This document shows, piece by piece, positions 42,323 to 52,265 of a DNA stretch of 64,000 nucleotides. Each line of letters starts with the position of its first letter. Position 1 is the stretch's first letter. Made by a program: the position numbers and the translations under genes. Below the pieces are notes generated by a model. The model saw nothing but the letters and a program-made list of their open reading frames with translations, made no database searches and was not told the origin of the DNA. The stretch lies in assembly GCA_964538475.1 (NCBI GenBank), contig CAZIGE010000001.1, forward strand, positions 1,498 to 65,497, in the 5' to 3' direction. This stretch comes from an uncultured Oscillospiraceae bacterium (GTDB lineage Bacteria > Bacillota > Clostridia > Oscillospirales > Oscillospiraceae).

Positions 42323-44392
42323 ATGAACAAAGGAAATGTTAGGAGAATCCTGGCAGTAGTACTGACAGTGCTGATGCTATCCGGCTGTGTAGTTGGCGGA
42401 ACTGAAACATCGGATCCGCAACAGACGGCACAGAGCTGGCTCGATCATCGCACAACGACCGTTGACTTCGCCCTCGGCGATTCCACACGTCAGAATCAGG
42501 AACTGGCACGGGAGCTGTTTGAGCAGTTCCAACGGCAGCCCCCGATAGACTTTCTCTACGATGATCGGCGTTTTTCGGAGAATTTGAATGAATGGGACAA
42601 GATGACTGAGCAGGACTCGCTTTCCAGCACGATCGTGTATACCCACAAGGAGACGAAGCTCTCTGTCATCATGACGCTGAAGATCTTCGAAGATTCAAGC
42701 GCGGTGGAATGGAGCACGCGCATTCGAAATGACGGTGCGCAAAACAGCCTTGTTGTGAAAGACCTGCATACGATGAGCCTGAAGTTTGAGACGAAGGGAA
42801 ATGCGCGGTTGTTTTACACGCTCGGCGGTGAAGACAATGAAACGGCGTTTGTTCCATATACAGTCAATCTGAAAAACGGAGAGAACATCAGCCTATCTTC
42901 AAAGGGTGGACGTTCATCGTCCGGTGTGATGCCGTATTTTAACCTCTATACAGGGAGCAACAGTGGTTACATCGGTGCGATCGGCTGGAGCGGACAATGG
43001 ACGCTGCTGACCTCCAGAAGTGACAATGCCGTTTTCGTGGAAGCGGGAATGTCGCAGACACAGTTCTACCTGGAGGCCGGCGAAAGTGTCATGGCACCGA
43101 CATCCATGCTCGTGCCGTGGAGCGGTGACGCACAGGAAGCGCATAATGACCTTCGTCGGCATATGCTCTACCATCATACGCAAACGATGAGCGACGGATC
43201 TATTCCGCTCGGGCCGATCAGCTACGGTGTCTGGGGAGGGGAAGGATATGACATGATCCTCTCTCAGGTCAAGGGCATTACCAATCGAGAACTGCTCTAT
43301 GACATTCTCTGGATTGATGCCGGCTGGAATGGTGACGGGTCGAAGATCAGCCAAAGCACATTCGATTCGGCATGGGGCGAAAATGTCGGAACGTGGGACG
43401 AGATCGATTCGCTGTATCCAAACGGTCTTAAAGAAGTATCGGATTTCTGCCATGAGAAAGGAATCGGAATGCTCCTGTGGTTCGAGCCGGAACGGGCATT
43501 TAAGGGCACGCAGCTGGTGACAGAGCATGAACAATGGTTTTTGGGATCCGATAAATCCAATGCACTGTTCAACCTGGGCAATGAAGATGCATGTGACTGG
43601 CTGATCGAATACATTTCCGGTTTGATCGAAGAATATGGCGTGGATATTTACCGCCAGGATTTTAATATGGAGCCGCTGAGTTATTGGCAGGCTGCAGATG
43701 AAGAAAATCGAAAAGGCATAACGGAAATGAAGTACATCGAAGGCCTGTATCGTTTCTGGGACGGACTTCTGGAACGATGCCCCGGTTTGATCATTGATAA
43801 CTGTGCCTCCGGTGGAAGACGGCTTGACTTTGAGCTGCTGGGACGTAGTGTTTCGCTGTTCAGAAGCGACTATGTCTGCTACACAACCACGGCTAATGCA
43901 GAGGCCAATCAGATGCAGATCTATGGATCCAGCTTCTGGCTGCCGCTGTCCGGCACATCGTCCATGGGGCGAACAGACAGTTATAATTTCCGCTCGACCT
44001 ATGGGTTTGCCGTGCAAACGCCGAATATTCTTTCCAAGTACGCAGAACAGCTTGAACTTAATCAGGAGCTTCTGAAGACGCGGGAGTATTTTTACGGCGA
44101 CTACTATCCCCTGACGGGCTGTACTGCCGATGAAACCGGGTGGTTTGCCTATCAGATGAACCGAACGGACTGGAATTCTGGATTTGTGTGCGCCTTCCGG
44201 CGACTGCGTGCAGAGGATGATACACTTATCGTGAAGTTGTCCGGATTGCAGGAAGATACGAACTACATTGTAACGATATCCGATACCGGAGAACAATTCT
44301 ATGCGTCCGGTGCAGAGTTGATGAAATCCGGTATGAGCATTTGCATCGAGCGTGCGAAGGACAGCAGAATGATCTACTATCAGGCAGCATAA
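42323..44392 (+). CDS. GH36-like glycosidase, lipoprotein
   Basis: LSGC lipobox; GGRSS, GWSGQW, WIDAGW, LWFEPER, YRQDFN, CASGGRRLD, RSD. Confidence 0.85.
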   Translation: MNKGNVRRILAVVLTVLMLSGCVVGGTETSDPQQTAQSWLDHRTTTVDFALGDSTRQNQELARELFEQFQRQPPIDFLYDDRRFSENLNEWDKMTEQDSLSSTIVYTHKETKLSVIMTLKIFEDSSAVEWSTRIRNDGAQNSLVVKDLHTMSLKFETKGNARLFYTLGGEDNETAFVPYTVNLKNGENISLSSKGGRSSSGVMPYFNLYTGSNSGYIGAIGWSGQWTLLTSRSDNAVFVEAGMSQTQFYLEAGESVMAPTSMLVPWSGDAQEAHNDLRRHMLYHHTQTMSDGSIPLGPISYGVWGGEGYDMILSQVKGITNRELLYDILWIDAGWNGDGSKISQSTFDSAWGENVGTWDEIDSLYPNGLKEVSDFCHEKGIGMLLWFEPERAFKGTQLVTEHEQWFLGSDKSNALFNLGNEDACDWLIEYISGLIEEYGVDIYRQDFNMEPLSYWQAADEENRKGITEMKYIEGLYRFWDGLLERCPGLIIDNCASGGRRLDFELLGRSVSLFRSDYVCYTTTANAEANQMQIYGSSFWLPLSGTSSMGRTDSYNFRSTYGFAVQTPNILSKYAEQLELNQELLKTREYFYGDYYPLTGCTADETGWFAYQMNRTDWNSGFVCAFRRLRAEDDTLIVKLSGLQEDTNYIVTISDTGEQFYASGAELMKSGMSICIERAKDSRMIYYQAA

Positions 44393-44407
44393 TGCGGGGG
44401 TTGCAGT

Positions 44408-46408
44408 ATGAGAAGGCTACTATGTATTTGCATGTCCTTCGTCCTGCTCCTTGGCTGGATGCTTGCGGGATGCACAGAGGAAACGATACCGACCATGAAC
44501 AACTTGACGACGAATCAAAATGAACCCATGTTCTCCTTCACTTACGGGGGACGGGAATTCAGAAGCCTTGCGAAGGATTGGGACTTTTCGTCCACGACGC
44601 AGAAGGAGAATGCATACACACTGGAAACCGCAGTGTGGCTGGATCCTAAAACAGGGCTGCAAATCACGATCGAGACGAAGCGGTGGGATGACGGTACGGC
44701 AGAGTGGGTCGCACATCTGGAAAATACGGGGAGCAGTGACAGCTGGTTGATCGCGGATTTCCAGATCGCCGATTTTACGATCCCCATGGAAGAAACGCAG
44801 AATGTTACTCTGAGCTATTCTAAGGGGACGGACATTCGAGCGGATGATTTTCTGCTCGTTGACCGCGAGATACAGACCGACGACAGCGTTTCCCTTACTC
44901 CCAGCGGGGGACGCTCGTCTTCCGGTGACTGTATGCCGTATTTCAATCTCCACACAGCAGATGCAGGCTATCTGATCGCGATCGGCTGGACGGGACAATG
45001 GCAGGCACAGTTTGAACGCACTTCGGATCATGTTCGCGTGCGCACCGGAATGGAGACAACGCGTTTTGTGCTGTATCCCGGTGAGACTGTACGGACACCT
45101 TCTGTGACTGTTATGCCGTGGAACGGTACGGAAACAGGCAGCTATAACCAATGGCGGTCGCATATGCTCAGCTATCATACGCCAAAGGATGAAAACGGGA
45201 ATACGGTGACACTGCCTGTCACGCATGGCTCATGGGGCGGAGACGGCACGGAGCTGCTTAAGAGTACGATCAACTTCATTCAGTCACAGGGGTATAACTA
45301 TGATGCTCTCTGGGTAGATGCAGGCTGGTTCGGTGAGGAAAGCCGTCACAGCACAGATCAATACGGTGACGCATGGCAGAAAAACACGGGAGACTGGTAT
45401 TACAACACTGCCTTGTATCCAAACGGGCTGAAGGAAGTCAGCGATGCAGCGCACGAGGCAGGAATGGATTTCCTGCTATGGTTTGAACCGGAACGTGCAT
45501 GGTGCGACAGCTGGGTCGTTCGCGAGCATCCCGAATGGTTTTTGACTACAGGAAAAACCACGAATACCAGTTTCCTGTTTAACATGGGAGATCCCGAAGC
45601 GCGACAATGGATGACGGATTTCATATCTTCCCTCATTCAGCAATATGGGGTCGACATCTATCGACAGGATTTCAACATTGACCCGCTGCCGTTCTGGGAA
45701 CACAATGATGAAAAAGATCGCCAGGGAATCAGCGAGATGAAGTACATTGAAGGGCTGTATCAGTTTTTGGAAGGCCTTTTGGAGAATAATCCGGGGCTGA
45801 TTCTGGACAACTGTGCAGGCGGCGGACGGCGTCTGGACTACGAGATCCTGACCTACGCGCTGCCTATGTTCCGCAGTGACTATCAGTGCTTTACAACGTA
45901 CGAGACGACTCCGTGTCAGGTGCAGACGGATGGCCTGTCGCACTGGATCCCGGTAAGCGGGACGTGTGTGCAGTATCGCCCCGGGGATACATATTCCTTC
46001 CGCTCCAATCTGGCCTATGCTGTGCAGTTTCCGGCCAGTGACCAGACTGCGTGGCAAAATGCAATGCTGGAGCAGTTCCACCGGGCACAGCCGTACTTTA
46101 CCGGCGACTACTACTGCCTGACGAACGGCGATATCACCGATAATGCCGCATGGTATGCCTATCAAATGGCACGAGATGATCTGAAAAGCGGGTTTGTTCT
46201 CGCTTTTCGAAGGGAAGGCGCGGCGCTTGGGCGGAAAGACCTTATCATTCATGTCCCCGAGGGTGCAACTTCCGTTACTTTTACCGATGCGGATACAGGC
46301 GAGACTTGGACCGAGCAAATTACCGAGCCGCAAGACCAACAGATAACTATCACGATAGTGATCAAAACGGAAAGAACTTCCCGACTGATTTTCTATACGA
46401 CCAATTAA
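44408..46408 (+). CDS. GH36-like glycosidase, lipoprotein (paralog of preceding gene)
   Basis: LAGC lipobox; GGRSS, GWTGQW, WVDAGW, LWFEPER, YRQDFN, CAGGGRRLD, RSD. Confidence 0.85.
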   Translation: MRRLLCICMSFVLLLGWMLAGCTEETIPTMNNLTTNQNEPMFSFTYGGREFRSLAKDWDFSSTTQKENAYTLETAVWLDPKTGLQITIETKRWDDGTAEWVAHLENTGSSDSWLIADFQIADFTIPMEETQNVTLSYSKGTDIRADDFLLVDREIQTDDSVSLTPSGGRSSSGDCMPYFNLHTADAGYLIAIGWTGQWQAQFERTSDHVRVRTGMETTRFVLYPGETVRTPSVTVMPWNGTETGSYNQWRSHMLSYHTPKDENGNTVTLPVTHGSWGGDGTELLKSTINFIQSQGYNYDALWVDAGWFGEESRHSTDQYGDAWQKNTGDWYYNTALYPNGLKEVSDAAHEAGMDFLLWFEPERAWCDSWVVREHPEWFLTTGKTTNTSFLFNMGDPEARQWMTDFISSLIQQYGVDIYRQDFNIDPLPFWEHNDEKDRQGISEMKYIEGLYQFLEGLLENNPGLILDNCAGGGRRLDYEILTYALPMFRSDYQCFTTYETTPCQVQTDGLSHWIPVSGTCVQYRPGDTYSFRSNLAYAVQFPASDQTAWQNAMLEQFHRAQPYFTGDYYCLTNGDITDNAAWYAYQMARDDLKSGFVLAFRREGAALGRKDLIIHVPEGATSVTFTDADTGETWTEQITEPQDQQITITIVIKTERTSRLIFYTTN

Positions 46409-46418
46409 GGAGGATCAT

Positions 46419-47975
46419 ATGAAGAAACTGAGCAGGATACTCGCGCTGATTTTAGCGGTACTCAGCATTGCGGTGACTTTTACGGCATGCTATGACGGCC
46501 CCGAGGGGGATGACAGCTATATCAACAGCGATTTCTCGAAGAAGATCGTGATCGATGTGATGACGTTTGACACGGGAGATGCCGACCCCAACAGCCAGAA
46601 TGACCGGATCAAGAAATATATCGAGGATAAGTTTAATGTCCAGTTCAATGTCAGCACGGTGACATACGGCACGACTTACTTGGAAAAGCTGCAGATCGTG
46701 CTTGCCGGTGGCGATTACCCGGATCTGTTTAAGTGCATGTGGGCAGACAATGTGAAATCTTATTACGAAGACGGCCTGCTCGTGAATCTGGATAAAATTG
46801 CGGACGACAATAATCTGACTTATTTGAAGGAGTATCTGAATAAGGCGCGCGCATACCAGAATTTGACTGCATATGACGGCAATTTCTATGCGGCACCTAT
46901 GGAGATCGGTGTTTACCAGCATGCGTTGTGGTACCGCAAGGACTGGCTTGACAAGCTTGGTCTGGAAGTGCCCACTACGATGGAGGAGTTTTACGAGGTC
47001 GCAAAGGCGTTCAAGGAAGCTGATCTGGATGGAAATAATACCTATGGCTTCTCCGCGGACAGTTCCTGGTGGCTCAACCATTTCCACTGCATGTATACCG
47101 GCTCCTGGGATTATAAGCTGATGGAGGACGGCACGATCCAGCATTATCGCGCGCTGGACGAAATGCGTGACTCCTATGCGTTCTGGGCGAAAATGTATAA
47201 GGAAGGTATTCTGGATCAATCCATCTGCACCGGCACCAACGCAAGAGAACTGTTCTGCTCCGGCCGAACCGGTATGATGATGCGCGACTGCTACGCAAAA
47301 GATATTCAGTATATCATGGAACAGCTGAAGTCGATCAATCCCGAGGCCGAAGTGGGCGTTATGCTGATGCCCGCAGGTCCGAATGGCTCGCATCAAATCA
47401 GCGGAACGCCGTATCTGGATTACACGGCTATTTCCACTACAGCGGAAGACCCTGCCCGCATTGCCGCGATTTTGAACTATATCCTGTCGGATGAGGGGCA
47501 GAATTTGCTCAGAAACGGCATTGAAGGCATTCATTACACCACCAATGCAGACGGCACGATCACAAAGAACATCGAAGAATACGAAAAGGACTGCTTCGGT
47601 ACGGGAGACTATGGCGTTCACTGGATCATGAGCCTGGTTTATTCGGATCCTTACTATGTTGCAGACGATTACGAGTACATGGATTTCTTTGAAGAGGTGT
47701 CCGGGCAGCTGAAAGAACTGTCCACAACGGACTACTTTGTAACCTCTTTTGCGCCGCTGGACGGCTACTCCAGCGATGTGACGAAGAAGTATCTTGCGAA
47801 GTTTAACGAGCTGTATAACCAGTTCGACATGAAGTTCATCATGGGTGAGCTGGAAGTTAACGATGAAAACTGGCAGCTCTGGAAAGACACGATCGAAAGC
47901 GAAGCACACTATTCCGAACTGGTTGCGGACTGGACGCAGGCTTATCAGGAGTATCTGAAAGCCAATGGCGGCTGA
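46419..47975 (+). CDS. Carbohydrate ABC transporter solute-binding lipoprotein
   Basis: FTAC lipobox; GDYPDLF, YRKDWLDKLGLEVPTTMEEFYEV, GIEGIHY (LplA-like). Confidence 0.92.
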   Translation: MKKLSRILALILAVLSIAVTFTACYDGPEGDDSYINSDFSKKIVIDVMTFDTGDADPNSQNDRIKKYIEDKFNVQFNVSTVTYGTTYLEKLQIVLAGGDYPDLFKCMWADNVKSYYEDGLLVNLDKIADDNNLTYLKEYLNKARAYQNLTAYDGNFYAAPMEIGVYQHALWYRKDWLDKLGLEVPTTMEEFYEVAKAFKEADLDGNNTYGFSADSSWWLNHFHCMYTGSWDYKLMEDGTIQHYRALDEMRDSYAFWAKMYKEGILDQSICTGTNARELFCSGRTGMMMRDCYAKDIQYIMEQLKSINPEAEVGVMLMPAGPNGSHQISGTPYLDYTAISTTAEDPARIAAILNYILSDEGQNLLRNGIEGIHYTTNADGTITKNIEEYEKDCFGTGDYGVHWIMSLVYSDPYYVADDYEYMDFFEEVSGQLKELSTTDYFVTSFAPLDGYSSDVTKKYLAKFNELYNQFDMKFIMGELEVNDENWQLWKDTIESEAHYSELVADWTQAYQEYLKANGG

Positions 47976-48098
47976 CGAAAACTCGCCGCGGAATACCACG
48001 GAAGCGTTCCGGGATGATTAACAGGGCATAGTTCTGCTCATTACCGGGTCAACTGCGCTGTTGCGTGATATTTCACCACGCAGTTCCTGAATTTGCAG

Positions 48099-48132
48099 CG
48101 TATGCGGCATTGCCCGCGCAGTGCCGCATACG
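48099..48132 (+). other. Strong intercistronic stem-loop without U-tract
   Basis: CGTATGCGGCATTGC-CCGC-GCAGTGCCGCATACG, 15-bp stem with one G-U pair. Confidence 0.7.
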
Positions 48133-48155
48133 TATGATACATGGAGGAAGTCAAG

Positions 48156-49172
48156 ATGAAACAAATTTCGGAAAATTGTGTTACGAATGCAAAACCTGCA
48201 AGAGAAAGAAAAAAGTGTGTTGCTTTTTTCGGCAGGAAGCGAAATTCGGAAACACCCCGCCTTAATAAAAATCGGAGGGCTCTCTCCAAGTATGGCGCGT
48301 TTTACGCAATGATGATTCCCCTGATCCTCTTTCTGATCGTTTTCTGCTATTTACCTATGGGCGGTCTGGTAATGGCCTTTCAGGATTTCAGACCGGTTCG
48401 GGGTATCTTCGGCAGCAAATGGGTCGGGCTGGAAAACTTCAAAATGGTGTTTGAAGACGGTATGTTTTGGAAAGTTCTGAAAAATACAGTCATCATCAGT
48501 GTTCTGAAAATACTATTTACAGCTCCCGCACCGATCATTCTTGCACTTATGCTGAATGAAGTGAAAAATCGGAAGTTCAAGCGTGTTGTCCAGACGATCG
48601 TTTATATGCCGAGATTTATTTCCTGGGTCGTGCTGGCAGCGATCGTCCGCGCACTTTTGAATGTTCAAAACGGACCGATCAATGATATTTTGCTGTCGCT
48701 CGGATGGATCGACGAACCCGTTCTTTTTATGGGTTCAAAAAAGCTGTTCCGAGGACTTCTGGTCGCTACGGATGTGTGGAAGGGAATGGGTTGGAGCTCC
48801 ATCATTTATCTGTCCGCCATGACTTCCATCAATCCGCAGTTGTATGAAGCTGCGCAGCTTGACGGAGCCGGACGCTTTCAGAGAATGTGGAATATCACGC
48901 TTCCGCTGATAAAACCGACGTTCATGGTTTTGATCATCCTATCCATGGGCAGCATATTGAGTGCAGGCTTTGACCAGGTTTATGCCATGAGCAATTCCGC
49001 TGTTTTGGAGGTCGGCGACATTATTGATACGTATGTATATCGCCGCGGCCTTGCGGAACAGAACTATAGCTATGCTGCGGCCGTTGGTTTGTTCAAAAGC
49101 GTGGTAAGTGTGATTTTGGTCAGCTTTGCGAACTGGTTGGCAAGAAAAACTGACAACGAAACACTGTACTAG
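48156..49172 (+). CDS. Carbohydrate ABC permease (LplB-like)
   Basis: YLPMGG, WVGLENF, PRFISWVV, LYEAAQLDGA (EAA loop), IIDTYVY. Confidence 0.93.
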   Translation: MKQISENCVTNAKPARERKKCVAFFGRKRNSETPRLNKNRRALSKYGAFYAMMIPLILFLIVFCYLPMGGLVMAFQDFRPVRGIFGSKWVGLENFKMVFEDGMFWKVLKNTVIISVLKILFTAPAPIILALMLNEVKNRKFKRVVQTIVYMPRFISWVVLAAIVRALLNVQNGPINDILLSLGWIDEPVLFMGSKKLFRGLLVATDVWKGMGWSSIIYLSAMTSINPQLYEAAQLDGAGRFQRMWNITLPLIKPTFMVLIILSMGSILSAGFDQVYAMSNSAVLEVGDIIDTYVYRRGLAEQNYSYAAAVGLFKSVVSVILVSFANWLARKTDNETLY

Positions 49173-49183
49173 GAGGATATACC

Positions 49184-50071
49184 ATGAAAACAACAGGTAG
49201 CCGTCTGAAACCCCGTAAGCGGTTTGACACTTTTACCGTGGTGAATACGATTTTGCTTTTGCTGATTGCGTTTATCATGCTGTATCCGTTTTGGTATGTG
49301 CTGATCGGATCATTTATGTCAACAAGCGAGACGATCACGAACATATTCCATTTCTTTGTCAAGGAGCCGACCCTGGACGCTTATAAGGCGCTGTTTAAGT
49401 CGGTAAACGTAGAGCGACACTTTCTGGCCAGTGTTTATGCATCCGTTGTGGGCATGATCGTCAGCCTTCTTCTGACATCTATGGCAGCTTATGCCCTTTC
49501 CAGACCGAAACTTCCGGGAAAAAGTATAGTCATGCGATTTGTCCTTGGCGCGATGCTGTTTAACGGTGGCATGATCCCCATGTATATGGTCGTGCGCGGA
49601 CTTGGCATGATTAATAAGTGGGAGTCATTGTATGTTCCCGGCCTGATCAACCTGTTTTATATGATCATAATGCGCACCTATTTCAAAGGAATTCCCGAGG
49701 AGATGCTGGAATCTGCCCGAATGGACGGTGCAGGTGAATGGAGGATCTTTTTCAAGTTCATCATTCCGGCTTCTATGCCGGTGATCGCATGTATTGCGCT
49801 CTTTTATATGGTTGACCGCTGGAATGATCTCATGTCCGGTATCATTTACATCAATGATGTAAATGACCAGCCGCTTCAGGCAATGCTGTATCGTATTATC
49901 AACGGCCAAACTTCAACGGTCAACCCTACTGTCGGAACATCCATGAAGGTAACGTCGGAAACCATGGGCCATGCAGCTACGATCATAACGGTTTTGCCGA
50001 TCATGCTGGTTTACCCGTTCTTACAAAAATATTTTATCCATGGCATGATGGTCGGCTCGGTGAAGGATTAA
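49184..50071 (+). CDS. Carbohydrate ABC permease (LplC-like)
   Basis: LYPFWY, AYALSR, FNGGMIP, ESARMDGA, YPFLQKYF, GSVK. Confidence 0.93.
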   Translation: MKTTGSRLKPRKRFDTFTVVNTILLLLIAFIMLYPFWYVLIGSFMSTSETITNIFHFFVKEPTLDAYKALFKSVNVERHFLASVYASVVGMIVSLLLTSMAAYALSRPKLPGKSIVMRFVLGAMLFNGGMIPMYMVVRGLGMINKWESLYVPGLINLFYMIIMRTYFKGIPEEMLESARMDGAGEWRIFFKFIIPASMPVIACIALFYMVDRWNDLMSGIIYINDVNDQPLQAMLYRIINGQTSTVNPTVGTSMKVTSETMGHAATIITVLPIMLVYPFLQKYFIHGMMVGSVKD

Positions 50072-50074
50072 AGT

Positions 50075-52213
50075 ATGGATAACTATACCGCATTTGTCCA
50101 AACGGAAGCAGGAAGCATACGCTATTGCAGCGGGTGTATGGTCTATGATGAAATGCTGATTCACGGACGCCTGATCGGGCGCTATATGAACCCGACCGGG
50201 CAGATCTTACCGGAGATGCACTTGCATCCTGAGACTTACAGCAACGAAGAGAACCGCGTGTTTTCGATTTCGGTTGCGGGGCAGGCGCTGCATGACGGCT
50301 GGTGCTGCAAAGGCATATACACAGATAAGGTACAGGCGATCATAACGCTGCAACACAGAAGTTGCCCGATCGAGCTTGAGATCATTACGCATGCGGATGG
50401 CAAGGGCTGGATGACCCGAAGCATGACGATCCGAAATTGCAGCGATCAATACCTGCCTGTGGACTATGTCGCGCCGTTTGGAGGATCGATCTGGAATCAC
50501 CGCTTTGACAACGGAATACTGAGTTACTCCCCAAACGAGTGCGATGCGAACGATCATATATATTCGGTCGGTTATGCGCCGATGCACCAATGGGGCAGAG
50601 AAGGAGATTTCGGTTTCCATCCGCTGAAAGAGAAATTGGTCTTTGACGGCGGAATGCACGGCCGCAGTGGGTGGTCACGTCCCGCTTATGTTCTGGAGGA
50701 TCGCCTGACCGGGCAACTGCTTTGTTGCGAACTGGCGTACAGCGGAAACTGGAAGATGCAATTGAATCCGCAGGTCAGTTCCGACCGAGCTTCCCTGCGA
50801 CATGAGATCGGGTTGATCGCGCCCGAAGGCGAAGCAATTCGTGTGCTGGCACCGGGAGAGAAGGCTTCTGTACCGGCTGTGCATTTTACGCTGTGCGCCG
50901 AGGGGCGTGAGGCGTTGATCCATGCGCGGCATCGCTTCATTCGTGAGAAGATATTGCCGCAGAGGGATCCGATTGGCAAGTGCCTTGTCGAAGCGAACCA
51001 TCGGGGATATCTGTGTGACCGCGAAAATGAGGACGGAATCAAACGGGATATCAGCATTGCGGCCAAAGCAGGTGCGGAATTGTATGTCATTGATGCAGGC
51101 TGGTACGGGGAAGAGCCGAATGTCTGGTTTAACAATGTCGGAGATTGGTTTGCGGGAAAATGGCTCCCAAACGACCTGTATCCGATCATTGCACATGCAA
51201 GATCGCTTGGCATGAAATTTGGCCTGTGGATGGAATTCGAAGCAGCGGGAGCAAACAGCCGCGTTCGAAAAGAACATCCCGAATTCTTCATGAAACGCTA
51301 TGGAAAACCCGTGGCAGACGGGAGAGCATTGGATCTGTCACAGGAGAATGTTCTTGCTTGGATCGAAGCGCAAATCACCGATGTGATCGGCAGATACAGA
51401 CTGGACATGTTCCGCATTGACCACAATCATTATATTGAAGAGGGCGGTACGCGTATCGTCGGCGGGCATGTGGAAAATGTGATGTGGCGATATATGGAGA
51501 ACCTCTATGCCATGCTGTCGCGCCTCAATCAAAAATTCCCGAATGTTTCCTTCCAGAATTGCGCGGCAGGCGGCGGAAGACTGGATTTGGGAATTATGCG
51601 TTTCTTTCACCATACGGAAATATCCGATTGGGCGAGGCCACCTCGTGAAATGCGGATTTTTAACGGAATGCTGGCACAGCTTCCGCCTGAGATCCAGTTG
51701 CGGATCAGCGGCACAGAGGTATGCGAGCATGTTCAGGATTCGGATATGATCTCCCAAATGCACAGCATCATGCAGGGACGGATGATCTTCCGCGGTATTG
51801 CACCGTCGGAAACGGAATTGTCGCAGCCGCTGCTCCAGATGATCGTTTCGCGGGTTAAGAAGTACAAGGAGTTTATACGCCCCATTCTCATTGGCGATTG
51901 CCTTGTTTTTCGACATGATGACCAAAACGGGGTGCTGGACGCACAGCCGTTTTCGGCGAACGAGTTCGCACTTCCCGACAGGACAGCGGCTTTTGCCGTT
52001 GTGCACCGCCTGACAGTCGGAACGGTGTGTGACTATACGTTGCGCTTGCGGGGTGTTCGATACGACATGGAATACGAGGTCGTGTTAGACCGTGCGGAAG
52101 AAGCATGCATCATGCAGGGACGACAATTGGCGCAGGACGGGCTGCTCCTGCATATGGATCATTGTCTGGAAAGCGAACTGATCCTTGTCCGCGCGCGGCA
52201 TATATCAAACTGA
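50075..52213 (+). CDS. GH36-like glycosidase, cytoplasmic
   Basis: No signal peptide; LAYSGNW, VIDAGW, GDW, FGLWMEFE, FRIDHN, CAAGGGRLD, ISD. Confidence 0.85.
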   Translation: MDNYTAFVQTEAGSIRYCSGCMVYDEMLIHGRLIGRYMNPTGQILPEMHLHPETYSNEENRVFSISVAGQALHDGWCCKGIYTDKVQAIITLQHRSCPIELEIITHADGKGWMTRSMTIRNCSDQYLPVDYVAPFGGSIWNHRFDNGILSYSPNECDANDHIYSVGYAPMHQWGREGDFGFHPLKEKLVFDGGMHGRSGWSRPAYVLEDRLTGQLLCCELAYSGNWKMQLNPQVSSDRASLRHEIGLIAPEGEAIRVLAPGEKASVPAVHFTLCAEGREALIHARHRFIREKILPQRDPIGKCLVEANHRGYLCDRENEDGIKRDISIAAKAGAELYVIDAGWYGEEPNVWFNNVGDWFAGKWLPNDLYPIIAHARSLGMKFGLWMEFEAAGANSRVRKEHPEFFMKRYGKPVADGRALDLSQENVLAWIEAQITDVIGRYRLDMFRIDHNHYIEEGGTRIVGGHVENVMWRYMENLYAMLSRLNQKFPNVSFQNCAAGGGRLDLGIMRFFHHTEISDWARPPREMRIFNGMLAQLPPEIQLRISGTEVCEHVQDSDMISQMHSIMQGRMIFRGIAPSETELSQPLLQMIVSRVKKYKEFIRPILIGDCLVFRHDDQNGVLDAQPFSANEFALPDRTAAFAVVHRLTVGTVCDYTLRLRGVRYDMEYEVVLDRAEEACIMQGRQLAQDGLLLHMDHCLESELILVRARHISN

Positions 52214-52218
52214 AAAAC

Positions 52219-52252
52219 AGCAGGAGAAGCGGGTGAGGCTTCTCCTGCTTTT
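52219..52252. terminator. Likely bidirectional terminator at island end
   Basis: AGCAGGAGAAGC/GCTTCTCCTGCT stem flanked by A-run and T-run, between convergent genes. Confidence 0.85.
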
Positions 52253-52265
52253 AATATGATAAGGG

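Larger units (their letters stand above)
21431..52260. other. Carbohydrate-utilisation island (Gram-positive PUL-like), lower GC, no mobility genes seen
   Basis: 25 contiguous sugar regulation, catabolism, surface and transport genes; GC drop in spot counts relative to flanks. Confidence 0.75.

Noticed and set aside
21431-52260. Island as ICE, prophage or transposon
   Set aside because: No integrase, transposase, tRNA or flanking direct repeats seen
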